64,000 nt of DNA from Candidatus Krumholzibacteriia bacterium (GCA_963836185.1 CAWIIQ010000001.1:1664001-1728000); one strand, 5' to 3'. Shown: positions 49,508-59,049, numbered from the stretch's first letter. Numbers and translations are program-made. Notes: generated from the sequence alone by a model not told the origin.

Positions 49508-50557
49508 TCAAGTGCGCCCGGCGAATTCGAGGCTGGAATAAGTCCTGATGCTGTTCTTGCCATCCGACTTCGCTTTATACAGGGCTGTGTCCGCCCTGTC
49601 TATGATCTTCTCGACACTCGAAGCATCTTCGGGATAAACGGAGATCCCGATACTGCAGGTGAGAAGTCCAGGCGTCTTTCCGTCAAACAGGTATTCCCTC
49701 ACCCTTTCGAGAACCCTCTCCCCGTACACGATCGCTCCCTCTCCGGATGTGCCCGGGAGCAGTATCCCGAACTCATCTCCCCCGTACTTCGATACAATAT
49801 CTATCTCCCTGCAGCTCTCGGCAAGGATATTGGCTATATTCGTCAAGGCCCTGCTGCCTGACAAGTGCCCGTTTTTATCATTATATTCCTTGAGGTTATC
49901 CACGTCGAGCATGAGAAAGGAGAAAGAGGAATTAAACCTCTTGGCCCTCTTGACCTCCAGCCGCAACGACCGGATGAGGAACCTGTAGTTAAATACACCT
50001 GTCAACCCGTCCGTGATCGATTCCATCTCAAGTTTGCGGTAAAGCAGGTAGTTCTCGAAAGCGATAGCCGCCTGGTTGGCCATCATCGTCAGGAGATGTA
50101 TGTCATCCTCTGTGAACTGCTGCTGATCCTGGTCCTGGATAGCCAGGATCACACCGAGAAGGGAATTCTTGGCCATAAGCGGAGCCGAGATCACCATGGA
50201 GGACCTGTCGTCGCCCTCCAGACATTCAGTAGCCAGGGTCGAAAGATCTATCGCGAAGACTCCATCGCCTGCCATAGGCACGCTCACTTCGCGGTTCAGC
50301 CAGTTCAGGATACCGTTCGATTCGGGAAGATCCTCGACGATGATCTTCCTGCCCCTGTCCTGTTTCTCTCCCGAGTACTTTACGATCCTGTGATCGTCCA
50401 CGTAGATCAGGTAGACCCTTCTTGCCGGAAGAAGATCAAGTGCGATGTTCAATATCTTGTTGAAAATGACCCTGTTGTCCTTGCCGAGGCTTATCAGGCT
50501 CGTGATCTCGGCAAAAGTACTGAAGAGTACATCTTTTTCATCGATCCTGCCGGACAT
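49508..50557 (-). CDS. GAF-GGDEF diguanylate cyclase
   Basis: TDGLTG, REID I-site, intact GGDEF, DTALYKAK. Confidence 0.94.
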   Translation of the reverse strand: MSGRIDEKDVLFSTFAEITSLISLGKDNRVIFNKILNIALDLLPARRVYLIYVDDHRIVKYSGEKQDRGRKIIVEDLPESNGILNWLNREVSVPMAGDGVFAIDLSTLATECLEGDDRSSMVISAPLMAKNSLLGVILAIQDQDQQQFTEDDIHLLTMMANQAAIAFENYLLYRKLEMESITDGLTGVFNYRFLIRSLRLEVKRAKRFNSSFSFLMLDVDNLKEYNDKNGHLSGSRALTNIANILAESCREIDIVSKYGGDEFGILLPGTSGEGAIVYGERVLERVREYLFDGKTPGLLTCSIGISVYPEDASSVEKIIDRADTALYKAKSDGKNSIRTYSSLEFAGRT

Positions 50558-50594
50558 AATACTCCCTTCACGTCATCCAGACAGCCTTTCAGAC

Positions 50595-50610
50595 AGCAAG
50601 AGATATGCCA
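50595..50610 (-). promoter_or_regulatory. sigma54 (-24/-12) promoter
   Basis: Minus strand TGGCATATCTCTTGCT. Confidence 0.7.
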
Positions 50611-50674
50611 CGCTCATGAGAGAAGAAATCGATTAATCCGTTCTTAAAATAAAAGTTCCGCCGGTCAGGAGAGG

Positions 50675-50995
50675 TCAAACAGGAGGCAGTTCGCGCGGTT
50701 TCTTTCTGACATCTCGCAACTCTTTGATATTATTGATGATGAAGCGCAACAGAACGAGGATAAAGGATGCTATGAGGATCGGGAAGCCGAAGCGCTTGAG
50801 TGCCGGGCCGTCCGGATACATACCGGTAAATACCTGCAGGGTCACATACAGCAGGATGCAAAGAAAGACGAGGAGTATGATTTTCACCACAAGAACCGAG
50901 ACCGCTGCGTAATAATACTCCCTTTCCCTCCTGCGGGATTCACGTATCGGAGACCTGAAATGTCTTCTATCCGGTTTCCTCGGATTAAGTATCAT
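50675..50995 (-). CDS. Small two-TM protein with Arg-rich N-terminus
   Basis: MILNPRKPDRRHFRS...; GGAG before ATG 50995; two hydrophobic segments. Confidence 0.65.
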   Translation of the reverse strand: MILNPRKPDRRHFRSPIRESRRREREYYYAAVSVLVVKIILLVFLCILLYVTLQVFTGMYPDGPALKRFGFPILIASFILVLLRFIINNIKELRDVRKKPRELPPV

Positions 50996-51197
50996 CTGCT
51001 CCGTCTCCTGAAAGATCCTCGTAGTCGGCGTCATCGATCTTCTGATCGGTCAAAGTACCGTATACATCCTCACCCTGCCCGTCCACTTTTCCTCCTGCCT
51101 CGCCTGACGCGCCTGCGATCCACCTGGCGAGCCATTTGATCAGGTACCACCCAATCGCGATGAAGAAGATTATTCTCAGCAGGGACAACACTTGCAC
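50985..51197 (-). CDS. Small membrane protein
   Basis: N-terminal TM and acidic tail ending IDDADYEDL. Confidence 0.65.
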   Translation of the reverse strand: MQVLSLLRIIFFIAIGWYLIKWLARWIAGASGEAGGKVDGQGEDVYGTLTDQKIDDADYEDLSGDGADDT

Positions 51198-51222
51198 GCG
51201 ATCCTTCCGTTTTACTCCCGGA

Positions 51223-52899
51223 TCATCTCTCTACAGCGAATCTTCCCTGGTATTCCGTCGTTCTGCCGCTTTCATCGACAACGACCGACCTGTACAGGTA
51301 TATACCCGAAGCGAGGTCATGGATTCCGGGAAAAAGATCGCCGCAGGAATAACAGCTGAGGCCACGGGGCACAGAGTTCCTCGATCCCGATCCGAAACTG
51401 GCACTTCCAAGCCTCGTGCCCTCGATCGAAAATATATCGAGCGTGAGATTTGCCTCCAGGGTCGTATTTATACAGAACATCGCCTCACTGAAGGAGCGAT
51501 TGATGGGGTTCGGGCTGAAGTGCTGTTCAAAGACCTCTTCGTCCGTCCCCTCTACGGCGAAGAGAGCCGATGCCCTGTTATCCGACGGATCGTCATCCAT
51601 CCCCGAGACGGTTATCTCAGCGGTCACGACATTTCCCCCGCCGAGCCCGCTGCCCGTGCCGAGATCGATATCTGCATAAGAGAATCGCAATGGGTCAGCC
51701 GCTGGAAGATCATCGGAATAGATCCTCTGCCTGCCATTGCTGTTCTCGAGCCAGACGTCAAGATGGACAATAGATCCGGCTGGAGGCACCGATCCGCCCG
51801 TGTTTCTGACCCTCGGACGTATTGATATCTCCTCGCCTTCGTGAAATACGTTCTCAAGCCTGATCGCTCCGTTGACAAGCACAAGCAGGTCCGCTTCCAG
51901 CATCGAGATCTCAGCCGGAGCACCGGAGAACGACGCGATGAAGCCATTCATCAGGGCCGCTATCCTTCGCGTCTGTTCAAAATCCACATTCTCGATAAGA
52001 TCGTCTACCGTATGATAGTCGGGATAGGTGATCGACCCTGTAGGCGCGAGAGGCTCGGCTAGGGTTATCGCGGGCAGTCTTTCCGGACGGCGGTCCCAGA
52101 ACGAGGCATGATCCCAGTTCGCAGGACCGGGCTTTATCAATATCATCGGCAGTGATGGATCCGTCGATGCCGCGTAATCGATGATCATTTCGGCGAGCCA
52201 ACCGGAACGGAAATCGCTCATGACTGTCGCTCCCGTGCCGTTCCGTGAATACCCGATCATATCGGCGTTGATCACCCCGAGATGACTCTCGGCGCAATCC
52301 TCGTCACAGAGAGAAACGTAATGTATGCTTCCTATCCTCCCCAGCTCCTCTGCACTAAAGAGGATGAACTCGAGGTCGAACGGGAGATCGACAGATGAAA
52401 GTATCCTGGCAGCCTCCATAACGGCGGCCACCCCCGTCGCGTTGTCATCCGCTCCCGGCGCCGCCGAGTGTACCCATGCATCATCCCAGCTTCCCGGATA
52501 GCTGCGCCGCGCTATCGCGTCGAAGTGAGCCGTCAGCAGGAAGACCCCGGATGAAGGGCCTGCCGCCTCCAGTCTGCATATGATATTCTCGCCTGTATAC
52601 GTTGTATCACGGTCCTCGATCCTTATCGTATCGATGAAGCTCTGCCGTATCGCAGAGACTCCGGTGTAACGCTCAAGTCTGGCTGTCAGGGAATCAGCGA
52701 TTTCCGCGAGTTCGGCTTCTCTCGCAACGTACCTGCTCCGGGGAAGCGAGGTGGAGGGATCGATAGAGAGGAATCTGACCATAGCCTCGAGAGAATCAGC
52801 GTCGGCCAGGGTCCCTCCCGGCGCCGCGCCGCTCTCTGTCACTAAAGGAAGGACCGCCAGAGCGCTTACTGCCGCGAGAATAATGATCCGGGTCTTCAA
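51223..52899 (-). CDS. Secreted M28 metallopeptidase with C-terminal FlgD-Ig/T9SS-CTD-like domain
   Basis: AHFD, GADDNATG, FSAEELG, DMIG, YHT; tail SPNP...ASGIYLYR. Confidence 0.88.
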   Translation of the reverse strand: MKTRIIILAAVSALAVLPLVTESGAAPGGTLADADSLEAMVRFLSIDPSTSLPRSRYVAREAELAEIADSLTARLERYTGVSAIRQSFIDTIRIEDRDTTYTGENIICRLEAAGPSSGVFLLTAHFDAIARRSYPGSWDDAWVHSAAPGADDNATGVAAVMEAARILSSVDLPFDLEFILFSAEELGRIGSIHYVSLCDEDCAESHLGVINADMIGYSRNGTGATVMSDFRSGWLAEMIIDYAASTDPSLPMILIKPGPANWDHASFWDRRPERLPAITLAEPLAPTGSITYPDYHTVDDLIENVDFEQTRRIAALMNGFIASFSGAPAEISMLEADLLVLVNGAIRLENVFHEGEEISIRPRVRNTGGSVPPAGSIVHLDVWLENSNGRQRIYSDDLPAADPLRFSYADIDLGTGSGLGGGNVVTAEITVSGMDDDPSDNRASALFAVEGTDEEVFEQHFSPNPINRSFSEAMFCINTTLEANLTLDIFSIEGTRLGSASFGSGSRNSVPRGLSCYSCGDLFPGIHDLASGIYLYRSVVVDESGRTTEYQGRFAVER

Positions 52900-52962
52900 C
52901 GGTATGTCCTTTCAAGTGGCTTCGCCGCCCCACACTGAACGGCGGGACGGCGAAACCTGTAA

Positions 52963-53036
52963 CACGCCCGAGAGGATTCGAACCTCCGACACCCAGCTCC
53001 GGAGGCTGGTGCTCTATCCAGCTGAGCTACGGGCGC
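52963..53036 (-). tRNA. tRNA-Arg(CCG)
   Basis: GCGCCCG/CGGGCGT acceptor stem, CCAGC-CTCCGGA-GCTGG anticodon arm. Confidence 0.96.
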
Positions 53037-54717
53037 TTTTCCCTCCGTCGAGAAGCTCCTCGGCCAGTCTTTCCCTCAATTCTCCCCGGCCTCCGAGCAT
53101 CCTCGTTATCTCTTCGGTCCTCTGTTTTCCGGTCAGGACAGAGGCTGTCGTCCTCGTCCTTCCCCCGCTAACGGTCTTTTCGATCGATATGTGCTGCACG
53201 GCGCCTGCCGCGACCTGAGGCAGGTGTGTGATGCATATTACCTGGTACCTCCCAGACAGCTCCGAGAGTTTCCCGGCGACTACGGTCCCCATGTCGGCTC
53301 CGAGACCGGTATCTATCTCGTCGAAGATAAGGGTAGGTATCCGTCTTTCACGGACCAGGAGTTTCTTGAGCACGAGGGTGATCCTCGAAAGCTCTCCGCC
53401 GGACGCGACATCGGTGAGAGGATGAAGCTCCTCTCCCACATTGGTCCGTATCATAAACTCCACTTCATCCCTGCCCCCGTCGAATAAATCTAGCTCATCG
53501 CTATCTTCCATGAAAGCCCTAATTTCCCGCGTTCGCAGGGCCGTAGAGAACAGGGCGCCTTTCATGCCCAGTTCTGCGAGCTCCGATGTCACATCGGCGT
53601 CAAGTCTTGCCGCTGCCCTCTTTCTTTCCCGCGTGAGCCTGTCCATCACAGGTTCGAGAAGAGCCTGTGCCTCGACGACAGCTGCCCGTGCCTCCTCTAT
53701 CCCGTCTGAGCCTTCATCGAGGCTCCTGAGGACCTCCCTGATCCTGTCCCGCTCAGAGACCAGCCCATCGGCATCTGTCTTGTACTTCCTGGCGTGCCTC
53801 TGAATGGCAGCAAGCCTCTCCTGAAGAGGTTCGAGCGATTCTCCGTCTTCATCTTCAGAGCCCTGCCGGGAACCGATATCTCTTGCCGTTTCCTTCAGCG
53901 ATATGACCGCTGACGCGATCTCGTCTGCCGCCCTCTGCCACCTTTCATCCAGGTCGGAAATCGAAGCGATCGCCTTTTCCGCCTCTCCGGCCATATCTAT
54001 CGCGCCGCCCTCTCCGGCGAGCCGCTCGACAGCGGACTCCAGCGCGGAGCTGTACCGCTGCATATTTTCCAGGAGGTTTATACGCTTCTCCAATCTATCG
54101 GCGACGCCTGTTTCGAGTCTCAGCGCATCGAGTTCCCTCAACTGGAACCTGAGAAACTCATCCTTCTGCCTGTTCTCATTCTGCTCGACGAGAAGTTTTC
54201 TGAGGCGCTTCCAGGACTCCCTGAAAGAGGCGCTCTTCTCCCTGCATTCTTCGAGGAGGGGATCATACCCACCCGTCATATCAAGAAAACGGACATGCCT
54301 GTTCGAGTCGAGAAGTTCCTGCTGTCCGTGCTGGCCGTGCAGTTCGATCAGAGCGGAAGTGACTGCCCTGGCATTCGAACCGGTCGAGACTGCTCCGTTT
54401 ATCCGTATCTTGCTCCTGCCGGACACGGAGAAATCCCTCCGGATCGACAGATGCTCGTCGCTGTCATCCATTCCGAACATTTCTCTTATTTCCCTGGAAT
54501 CAGATGGAACCCTGAATATTCCTTCGATGAAGAGGGTGTCGGTACCCTTGCGTATCATCGACTTTTTGGCCCTGCTGCCGGAAAGCAGCTCGACCGCGGC
54601 GAGTATGATCGATTTTCCCGCTCCGGTCGAGCCGGTAAGGACGTTTAGTCCCTCCGTGAACTCGATGACGGCATCTTCGACTACTGCCAGGTTGCGGATC
54701 CTCAGTTCCTCGAGCAT
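53014..54717 (-). CDS. recN: DNA repair protein RecN
   Basis: LTGSTGAGKS, ASGGELSR, IFDEIDTG, ITHLPQVAA. Confidence 0.97.
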   Translation of the reverse strand: MLEELRIRNLAVVEDAVIEFTEGLNVLTGSTGAGKSIILAAVELLSGSRAKKSMIRKGTDTLFIEGIFRVPSDSREIREMFGMDDSDEHLSIRRDFSVSGRSKIRINGAVSTGSNARAVTSALIELHGQHGQQELLDSNRHVRFLDMTGGYDPLLEECREKSASFRESWKRLRKLLVEQNENRQKDEFLRFQLRELDALRLETGVADRLEKRINLLENMQRYSSALESAVERLAGEGGAIDMAGEAEKAIASISDLDERWQRAADEIASAVISLKETARDIGSRQGSEDEDGESLEPLQERLAAIQRHARKYKTDADGLVSERDRIREVLRSLDEGSDGIEEARAAVVEAQALLEPVMDRLTRERKRAAARLDADVTSELAELGMKGALFSTALRTREIRAFMEDSDELDLFDGGRDEVEFMIRTNVGEELHPLTDVASGGELSRITLVLKKLLVRERRIPTLIFDEIDTGLGADMGTVVAGKLSELSGRYQVICITHLPQVAAGAVQHISIEKTVSGGRTRTTASVLTGKQRTEEITRMLGGRGELRERLAEELLDGGKSARSSAG

Positions 54718-54732
54718 GCGGCTCTCCTCCCG

Positions 54733-55587
54733 TCATCTCTTCCTCAGCACACCGCCCCATTTGAGTTTTCTTCTCAGAAGATCATAGAAGTCGTATTCCC
54801 CGCTGACGACCAGCTTCGTGACTTTGTCGCTCCTCCCTACCCTGATCCTGTCGCCCTCACTGATATGGCAGGCCTCCTGCCCGTCGATCGTTATCATAGA
54901 TTCCCCTCCCTCGGCCAGTTCGATAGTGAGGGTCTCCTCACTGCTTATGACAACAGGCCTGACCGAGAGGGAATGAGGACACAAAGGCGTCAGGATGAAC
55001 GACTCGAGGGTCACCGGGTTAATGATCGGTCCCCCGGCAGCGAGGGAGTAAGCAGTCGAACCCGTGGGCGTCGAGACGATCAGCCCGTCAGCGAGATATT
55101 CGCCAAACAGGGTGTCCCCGATAGACAGTCTCAGGTGCAGCACCCGCGAAACTCCGACTCCGTGGATCACTATATCGTTAAGGGCCGTGAAAACCTCTCC
55201 TTCATCGTCATCTTCCTTGACGCTTTCGAGGCGCATCCTTTCCTGGATCACACATTTTCCCGAGAACAGATCGGTCACCGCCCGTTCCGGATCGTCCTCC
55301 GTAAGGAATCCGAGGCTTCTGATCTTTATACCCAGCACCGGGATCTCATCTGCCTCGACAAGCCTTGCCGTCCTGAGAAACGTCCCGTCCCCTCCCAGAG
55401 AAGCGACAATATCGCACACTGAAAGGGAATCGACACTATCGATCCTTCCGCCGGTGAGAAGGTTCGCCGTTTCTTCGAGAGCGACTATTCTCACTCCGTC
55501 CGGAACGAGGGATATCACCCTGGACATGACCTCCCGGATCTCTTTCTTCTTCACGTTGGATACGATACCAAATGTGGTGATGTTCAT
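54733..55587 (-). CDS. nadK: NAD kinase
   Basis: GGDGTFL, LND, DGLIVSTPTGSTAYSLAAGGP. Confidence 0.96.
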   Translation of the reverse strand: MNITTFGIVSNVKKKEIREVMSRVISLVPDGVRIVALEETANLLTGGRIDSVDSLSVCDIVASLGGDGTFLRTARLVEADEIPVLGIKIRSLGFLTEDDPERAVTDLFSGKCVIQERMRLESVKEDDDEGEVFTALNDIVIHGVGVSRVLHLRLSIGDTLFGEYLADGLIVSTPTGSTAYSLAAGGPIINPVTLESFILTPLCPHSLSVRPVVISSEETLTIELAEGGESMITIDGQEACHISEGDRIRVGRSDKVTKLVVSGEYDFYDLLRRKLKWGGVLRKR

Positions 55588-57503
55588 CGCGTTCCTCCGT
55601 CGGTCCCGGGAATTCCGCGGATGGAGACCGAGGAGAGCACTGTCCCGGCGATTCTCCCGGCAGACAGCCCGAGCTCGTCGAGAAGTTCCTCACGGCCGCC
55701 GTGCGGGACAAAAAGGTCCCCTATACCTATTCTTGTGACCTTCGAGGAGATATCGGCTTCGGCCAGATACCTTGTCACGGCATCTCCGAAACCGCCGGCC
55801 ACAGCGTTCTCTTCGATGATAAAGACCGGCCTGTCTCCAGCTGCGGACTTGTTTATCATCTCAACATCCAGCGGTTTGACAAATCTCGCATCGATCACTG
55901 CGACATCTATCCCTTTTGCGGCAAGAATCCCCGCTGCTTCTACTGCCGGCACTACCATGGAGCCCACTGCAATAAGGGCCGCGTCAGCGCCCTCGGACAG
56001 CATCCTGGCCTTTCCGAACTCGACAGGTTCATCGCATGTGGCCATATCCACACCTTCGATACTTCCCCTGGGAAACCTGATCGCCGAAGGGCCTGAATCG
56101 ATCGTCAGGGAAGCAGTCAACATCCTTGTCAATTCGCATTCATCCGACGGCGCCATCACTATCATGTTCGGGACCATGCCCAGATAACTCAGATCGAATG
56201 TTCCGTGATGTGTCGGCCCATCCTCTCCCACGATGCCGGCTCTGTCCAATATGAAACGGACCGGTAATTTTTGAAGGGCGACATCGTGAATCACCTGGTC
56301 AAAACCACGCTGGAGAAATGTGGAGTAGATCGCGACGTAAGGTTTCATCCCTTCCCGCGCCAGCCCCGCCGCAAACGTGACAGCGTGCTGTTCGCTGATA
56401 CCGACATCGAAGATCCTGTCAGGGAATTCTTCGGCAAAGCAGCTCAGCCCGGTACCTTCTTTCATCGCCGCAGTGATAGCAACTATCCTGTCGTCATCCC
56501 GCGCCATCCGCGTAAGTGTCTCACCGAAGACCTTGCTGTATTTTTTCTTGCCCTTTCCGCTTCTCGAATCTCCAGTGGTCTTATAGAAACTTCCAATTCC
56601 GTGAAATTTTTCCGAATCCTTTTCCGCAAAGGAATACCCTTTCCCTTTTTTCGTCACGACATGGACCATTACGGGGCCCGGCAGCTGGTGCAGGCTCGAA
56701 AATGTATCAATAAGCTGAGGTATATCATGCCCGTCAAGCGGTCCCAGGTACCTGAACCCGAGTTCTTCGAAGAGGATGGTCGGAACAACAAGATTCTTTA
56801 TACTTTCCTTGATCCTGCTGGCGAGTGTTCTAGCCTTGCTTCCATGAGGAATCTTCCCCAGGAGTTCCCAGATGTCGGCCTCGAGCTGCAGGTAAAGATT
56901 CTGCGTGGTGATCTTCGTAAGATATTTCGCCAGAGCGCCCACATTCCTGGAGATCGACATCTCGTTGTCATTCAGTATGACTACGAACCTGTTCTTTTTC
57001 AGGTGTCCGGCATGGTTGATACCTTCGAGGGACATCCCTCCCGATATCGCGCCGTCACCTACGACTCCTATGACGAAATTGTCCTCTCCCCGCAGATCCC
57101 TCGCGGCAGCAAGACCCAGTGCCGCTGAGATCGCCGTACAGGCGTGACCTGCTCCGAATATGTCGTGTTCGCTTTCGGAGATCTTCGGGAAGCCGCTTAT
57201 TCCATCCTTCGTCCTGAGATCCTTGAACGCTTCACGTCTTCCCGTGATTATCTTGTGCGTATAGCTCTGATGGCCCACGTCCCAGACGATCCTGTCGCGC
57301 GGAGAATCAAATATGTAGTGAAGTGCCAGCGTCAGTTCCACGCTTCCAAGACTGGATGCGAGATGGCCGCCTCTCATTGAGAGGACCTCAATGATGTAGT
57401 TCCTGATCTCTTCAGCAAGGACAGGCAGCTGTTCGACCTTGAGTCTCTTCAGGTCACCCGGTGAATCGATCGTGGAAAGTATCTCACTGCTGCTCAAATC
57501 CAC
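55584..57503 (-). CDS. dxs: 1-deoxy-D-xylulose-5-phosphate synthase
   Basis: GGHLASSLG, WDVGHQ, GDGA..ND, DRAG..GEDGPTH. Confidence 0.98.
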   Translation of the reverse strand: MDLSSSEILSTIDSPGDLKRLKVEQLPVLAEEIRNYIIEVLSMRGGHLASSLGSVELTLALHYIFDSPRDRIVWDVGHQSYTHKIITGRREAFKDLRTKDGISGFPKISESEHDIFGAGHACTAISAALGLAAARDLRGEDNFVIGVVGDGAISGGMSLEGINHAGHLKKNRFVVILNDNEMSISRNVGALAKYLTKITTQNLYLQLEADIWELLGKIPHGSKARTLASRIKESIKNLVVPTILFEELGFRYLGPLDGHDIPQLIDTFSSLHQLPGPVMVHVVTKKGKGYSFAEKDSEKFHGIGSFYKTTGDSRSGKGKKKYSKVFGETLTRMARDDDRIVAITAAMKEGTGLSCFAEEFPDRIFDVGISEQHAVTFAAGLAREGMKPYVAIYSTFLQRGFDQVIHDVALQKLPVRFILDRAGIVGEDGPTHHGTFDLSYLGMVPNMIVMAPSDECELTRMLTASLTIDSGPSAIRFPRGSIEGVDMATCDEPVEFGKARMLSEGADAALIAVGSMVVPAVEAAGILAAKGIDVAVIDARFVKPLDVEMINKSAAGDRPVFIIEENAVAGGFGDAVTRYLAEADISSKVTRIGIGDLFVPHGGREELLDELGLSAGRIAGTVLSSVSIRGIPGTDGGTR

Positions 57504-57514
57504 CCGCCTCTTTC

Positions 57515-57952
57515 CTACATCAACATATACGCGAGTGTCGTACCCAGGACGACACCGCTGAGCACATCGAGCGGCCTGTATTGAAGTACTCTCTTCATCC
57601 CGTCGGAATCGAATTCACCGGACCCGTAGACACTTGATATGATCCGGTTCAGGACATCCACCTGCTTCTCTTTCTCCCTCTTTACCCGCATCGTGTCATG
57701 AAGGATCACGATACTGTATGTCGTGCCGACCGAGTAGAGAAGAGAAGAATATCCGTACTTAATGCCTATCACGGTCGACAGGGCGGAGAAGACGGCGGCA
57801 TGCACATTCGGCAGCCCGTCGGGCCGGAAGAGTCCGCCAGGCATGAATCTTCTCTCCATGACCGAATATATGATAAGCTTCAGGAACTGGCAGACCAGCC
57901 CCGCAATGACCGGAACCAGGAAAATATCCCTGTATAATATCTGCCTCATCAT
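57515..57952 (-). CDS. Divergent PAP2 / DUF212 family protein
   Basis: QFLK, GLPNVHAA, HDTMRVKR; between ispA and dxs. Confidence 0.75.
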   Translation of the reverse strand: MMRQILYRDIFLVPVIAGLVCQFLKLIIYSVMERRFMPGGLFRPDGLPNVHAAVFSALSTVIGIKYGYSSLLYSVGTTYSIVILHDTMRVKREKEKQVDVLNRIISSVYGSGEFDSDGMKRVLQYRPLDVLSGVVLGTTLAYMLM

Positions 57953-57953
57953 T

Positions 57954-58844
57954 TCAGGAAGTCCGATCTACCACCAGGCGGAAAAGGTATTCGAGATAAC
58001 CGTCATCGCTGAGAGATCCCGCTTTTCCTGCCGCCCCATCAATCAGACGGGCAGCGGTCTCACGGGACGATTCCACACCATAACTTGATGGCCAGGTGAT
58101 TTTCCCCTTTTTAATATCCTTCCGCAACCCTTTTCCGACCTTCTCTTCGTTCCCTTCCAGGTCGAGCAGGTCGTCCACTATCTGGAACGCAAGCCCCGCT
58201 TCCCGCCCGATCTCTCCGATCAGTTCGATCTCTTCCAACTCTGCCGAAGCCAGTGCGGCTCCTATCCTCAGGGATACCGATATCAGCTCAGCAGTCTTCC
58301 GCAGATGGATATATTCTACAAGCCCTGCTTCGGGGTCGCGCCCTTCACTTTCGATATCCGCGGCCTGTCCTCCTACGAGAAGCCTCGAACCTGCCGATGA
58401 GGCCAGCATCCAGACCGAGAGGGTGACATCTTCCGGATTCGCCCCGCTGCAGGCCGACAAGGTCTCAAACGAAAGAGCCTGCAGGGCGTCACCCGCGAGA
58501 AGTGCGGTAGCCTCATCGAACTGGACATGGCACGAGGGCCTCCCGCGCCTCACATCATCGTCGTCAAGCATTGGAAGGTCATCGTGGATCAGGGTGTATG
58601 CGTGCAGAAACTCGATCGCCGCTGCGGCCGACAACGCGTCTGCCGGATGAGGGTCTCCGAACATCCTGTGGGCCTGCAGGCAGAGCACGCCCCTGAACCT
58701 CTTGCCGCCCTCGAGAGAGGAATATCTCATCGCCTCGTGAAGGACTGCCGGGCGCTCGCCGGCATCCGGCAATATCTCTTCCATCTTCCGCTCGATCGAC
58801 GCCCTGTCAGAGGCCATTCTCTCCAACATGGGATCCTCACTCAT
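57954..58844 (-). CDS. ispA: Farnesyl/geranylgeranyl diphosphate synthase
   Basis: GGKRFR, HDDLPMLDDDDVRRG, KTA, FQIVDDLLD. Confidence 0.95.
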   Translation of the reverse strand: MSEDPMLERMASDRASIERKMEEILPDAGERPAVLHEAMRYSSLEGGKRFRGVLCLQAHRMFGDPHPADALSAAAAIEFLHAYTLIHDDLPMLDDDDVRRGRPSCHVQFDEATALLAGDALQALSFETLSACSGANPEDVTLSVWMLASSAGSRLLVGGQAADIESEGRDPEAGLVEYIHLRKTAELISVSLRIGAALASAELEEIELIGEIGREAGLAFQIVDDLLDLEGNEEKVGKGLRKDIKKGKITWPSSYGVESSRETAARLIDGAAGKAGSLSDDGYLEYLFRLVVDRTS

Positions 58845-59049
58845 CAGGAGCTTCCTCCTCGAGCTTTCCGGAAAGATCCTTGATCCGCCTGTCAGCATCA
58901 TCGAGGATCTTCCTGCACTTATTCCCTATCTTCATGCCTTCTTCGTATAACCTGATGCTTTCCTCGAGGGGAACCTTCTCTTCCTCGAGTCTGCGGACGA
59001 TCTCTTCGAGACGCTTCATCGCGTCTTCGAAGGTAACCTTCTGCGCCAT
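58837..59049 (-). CDS. xseB: Exodeoxyribonuclease VII small subunit
   Basis: TFEDAMKRLEEIV..LEESIRLYEEG. Confidence 0.95.
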   Translation of the reverse strand: MAQKVTFEDAMKRLEEIVRRLEEEKVPLEESIRLYEEGMKIGNKCRKILDDADRRIKDLSGKLEEEAPDE

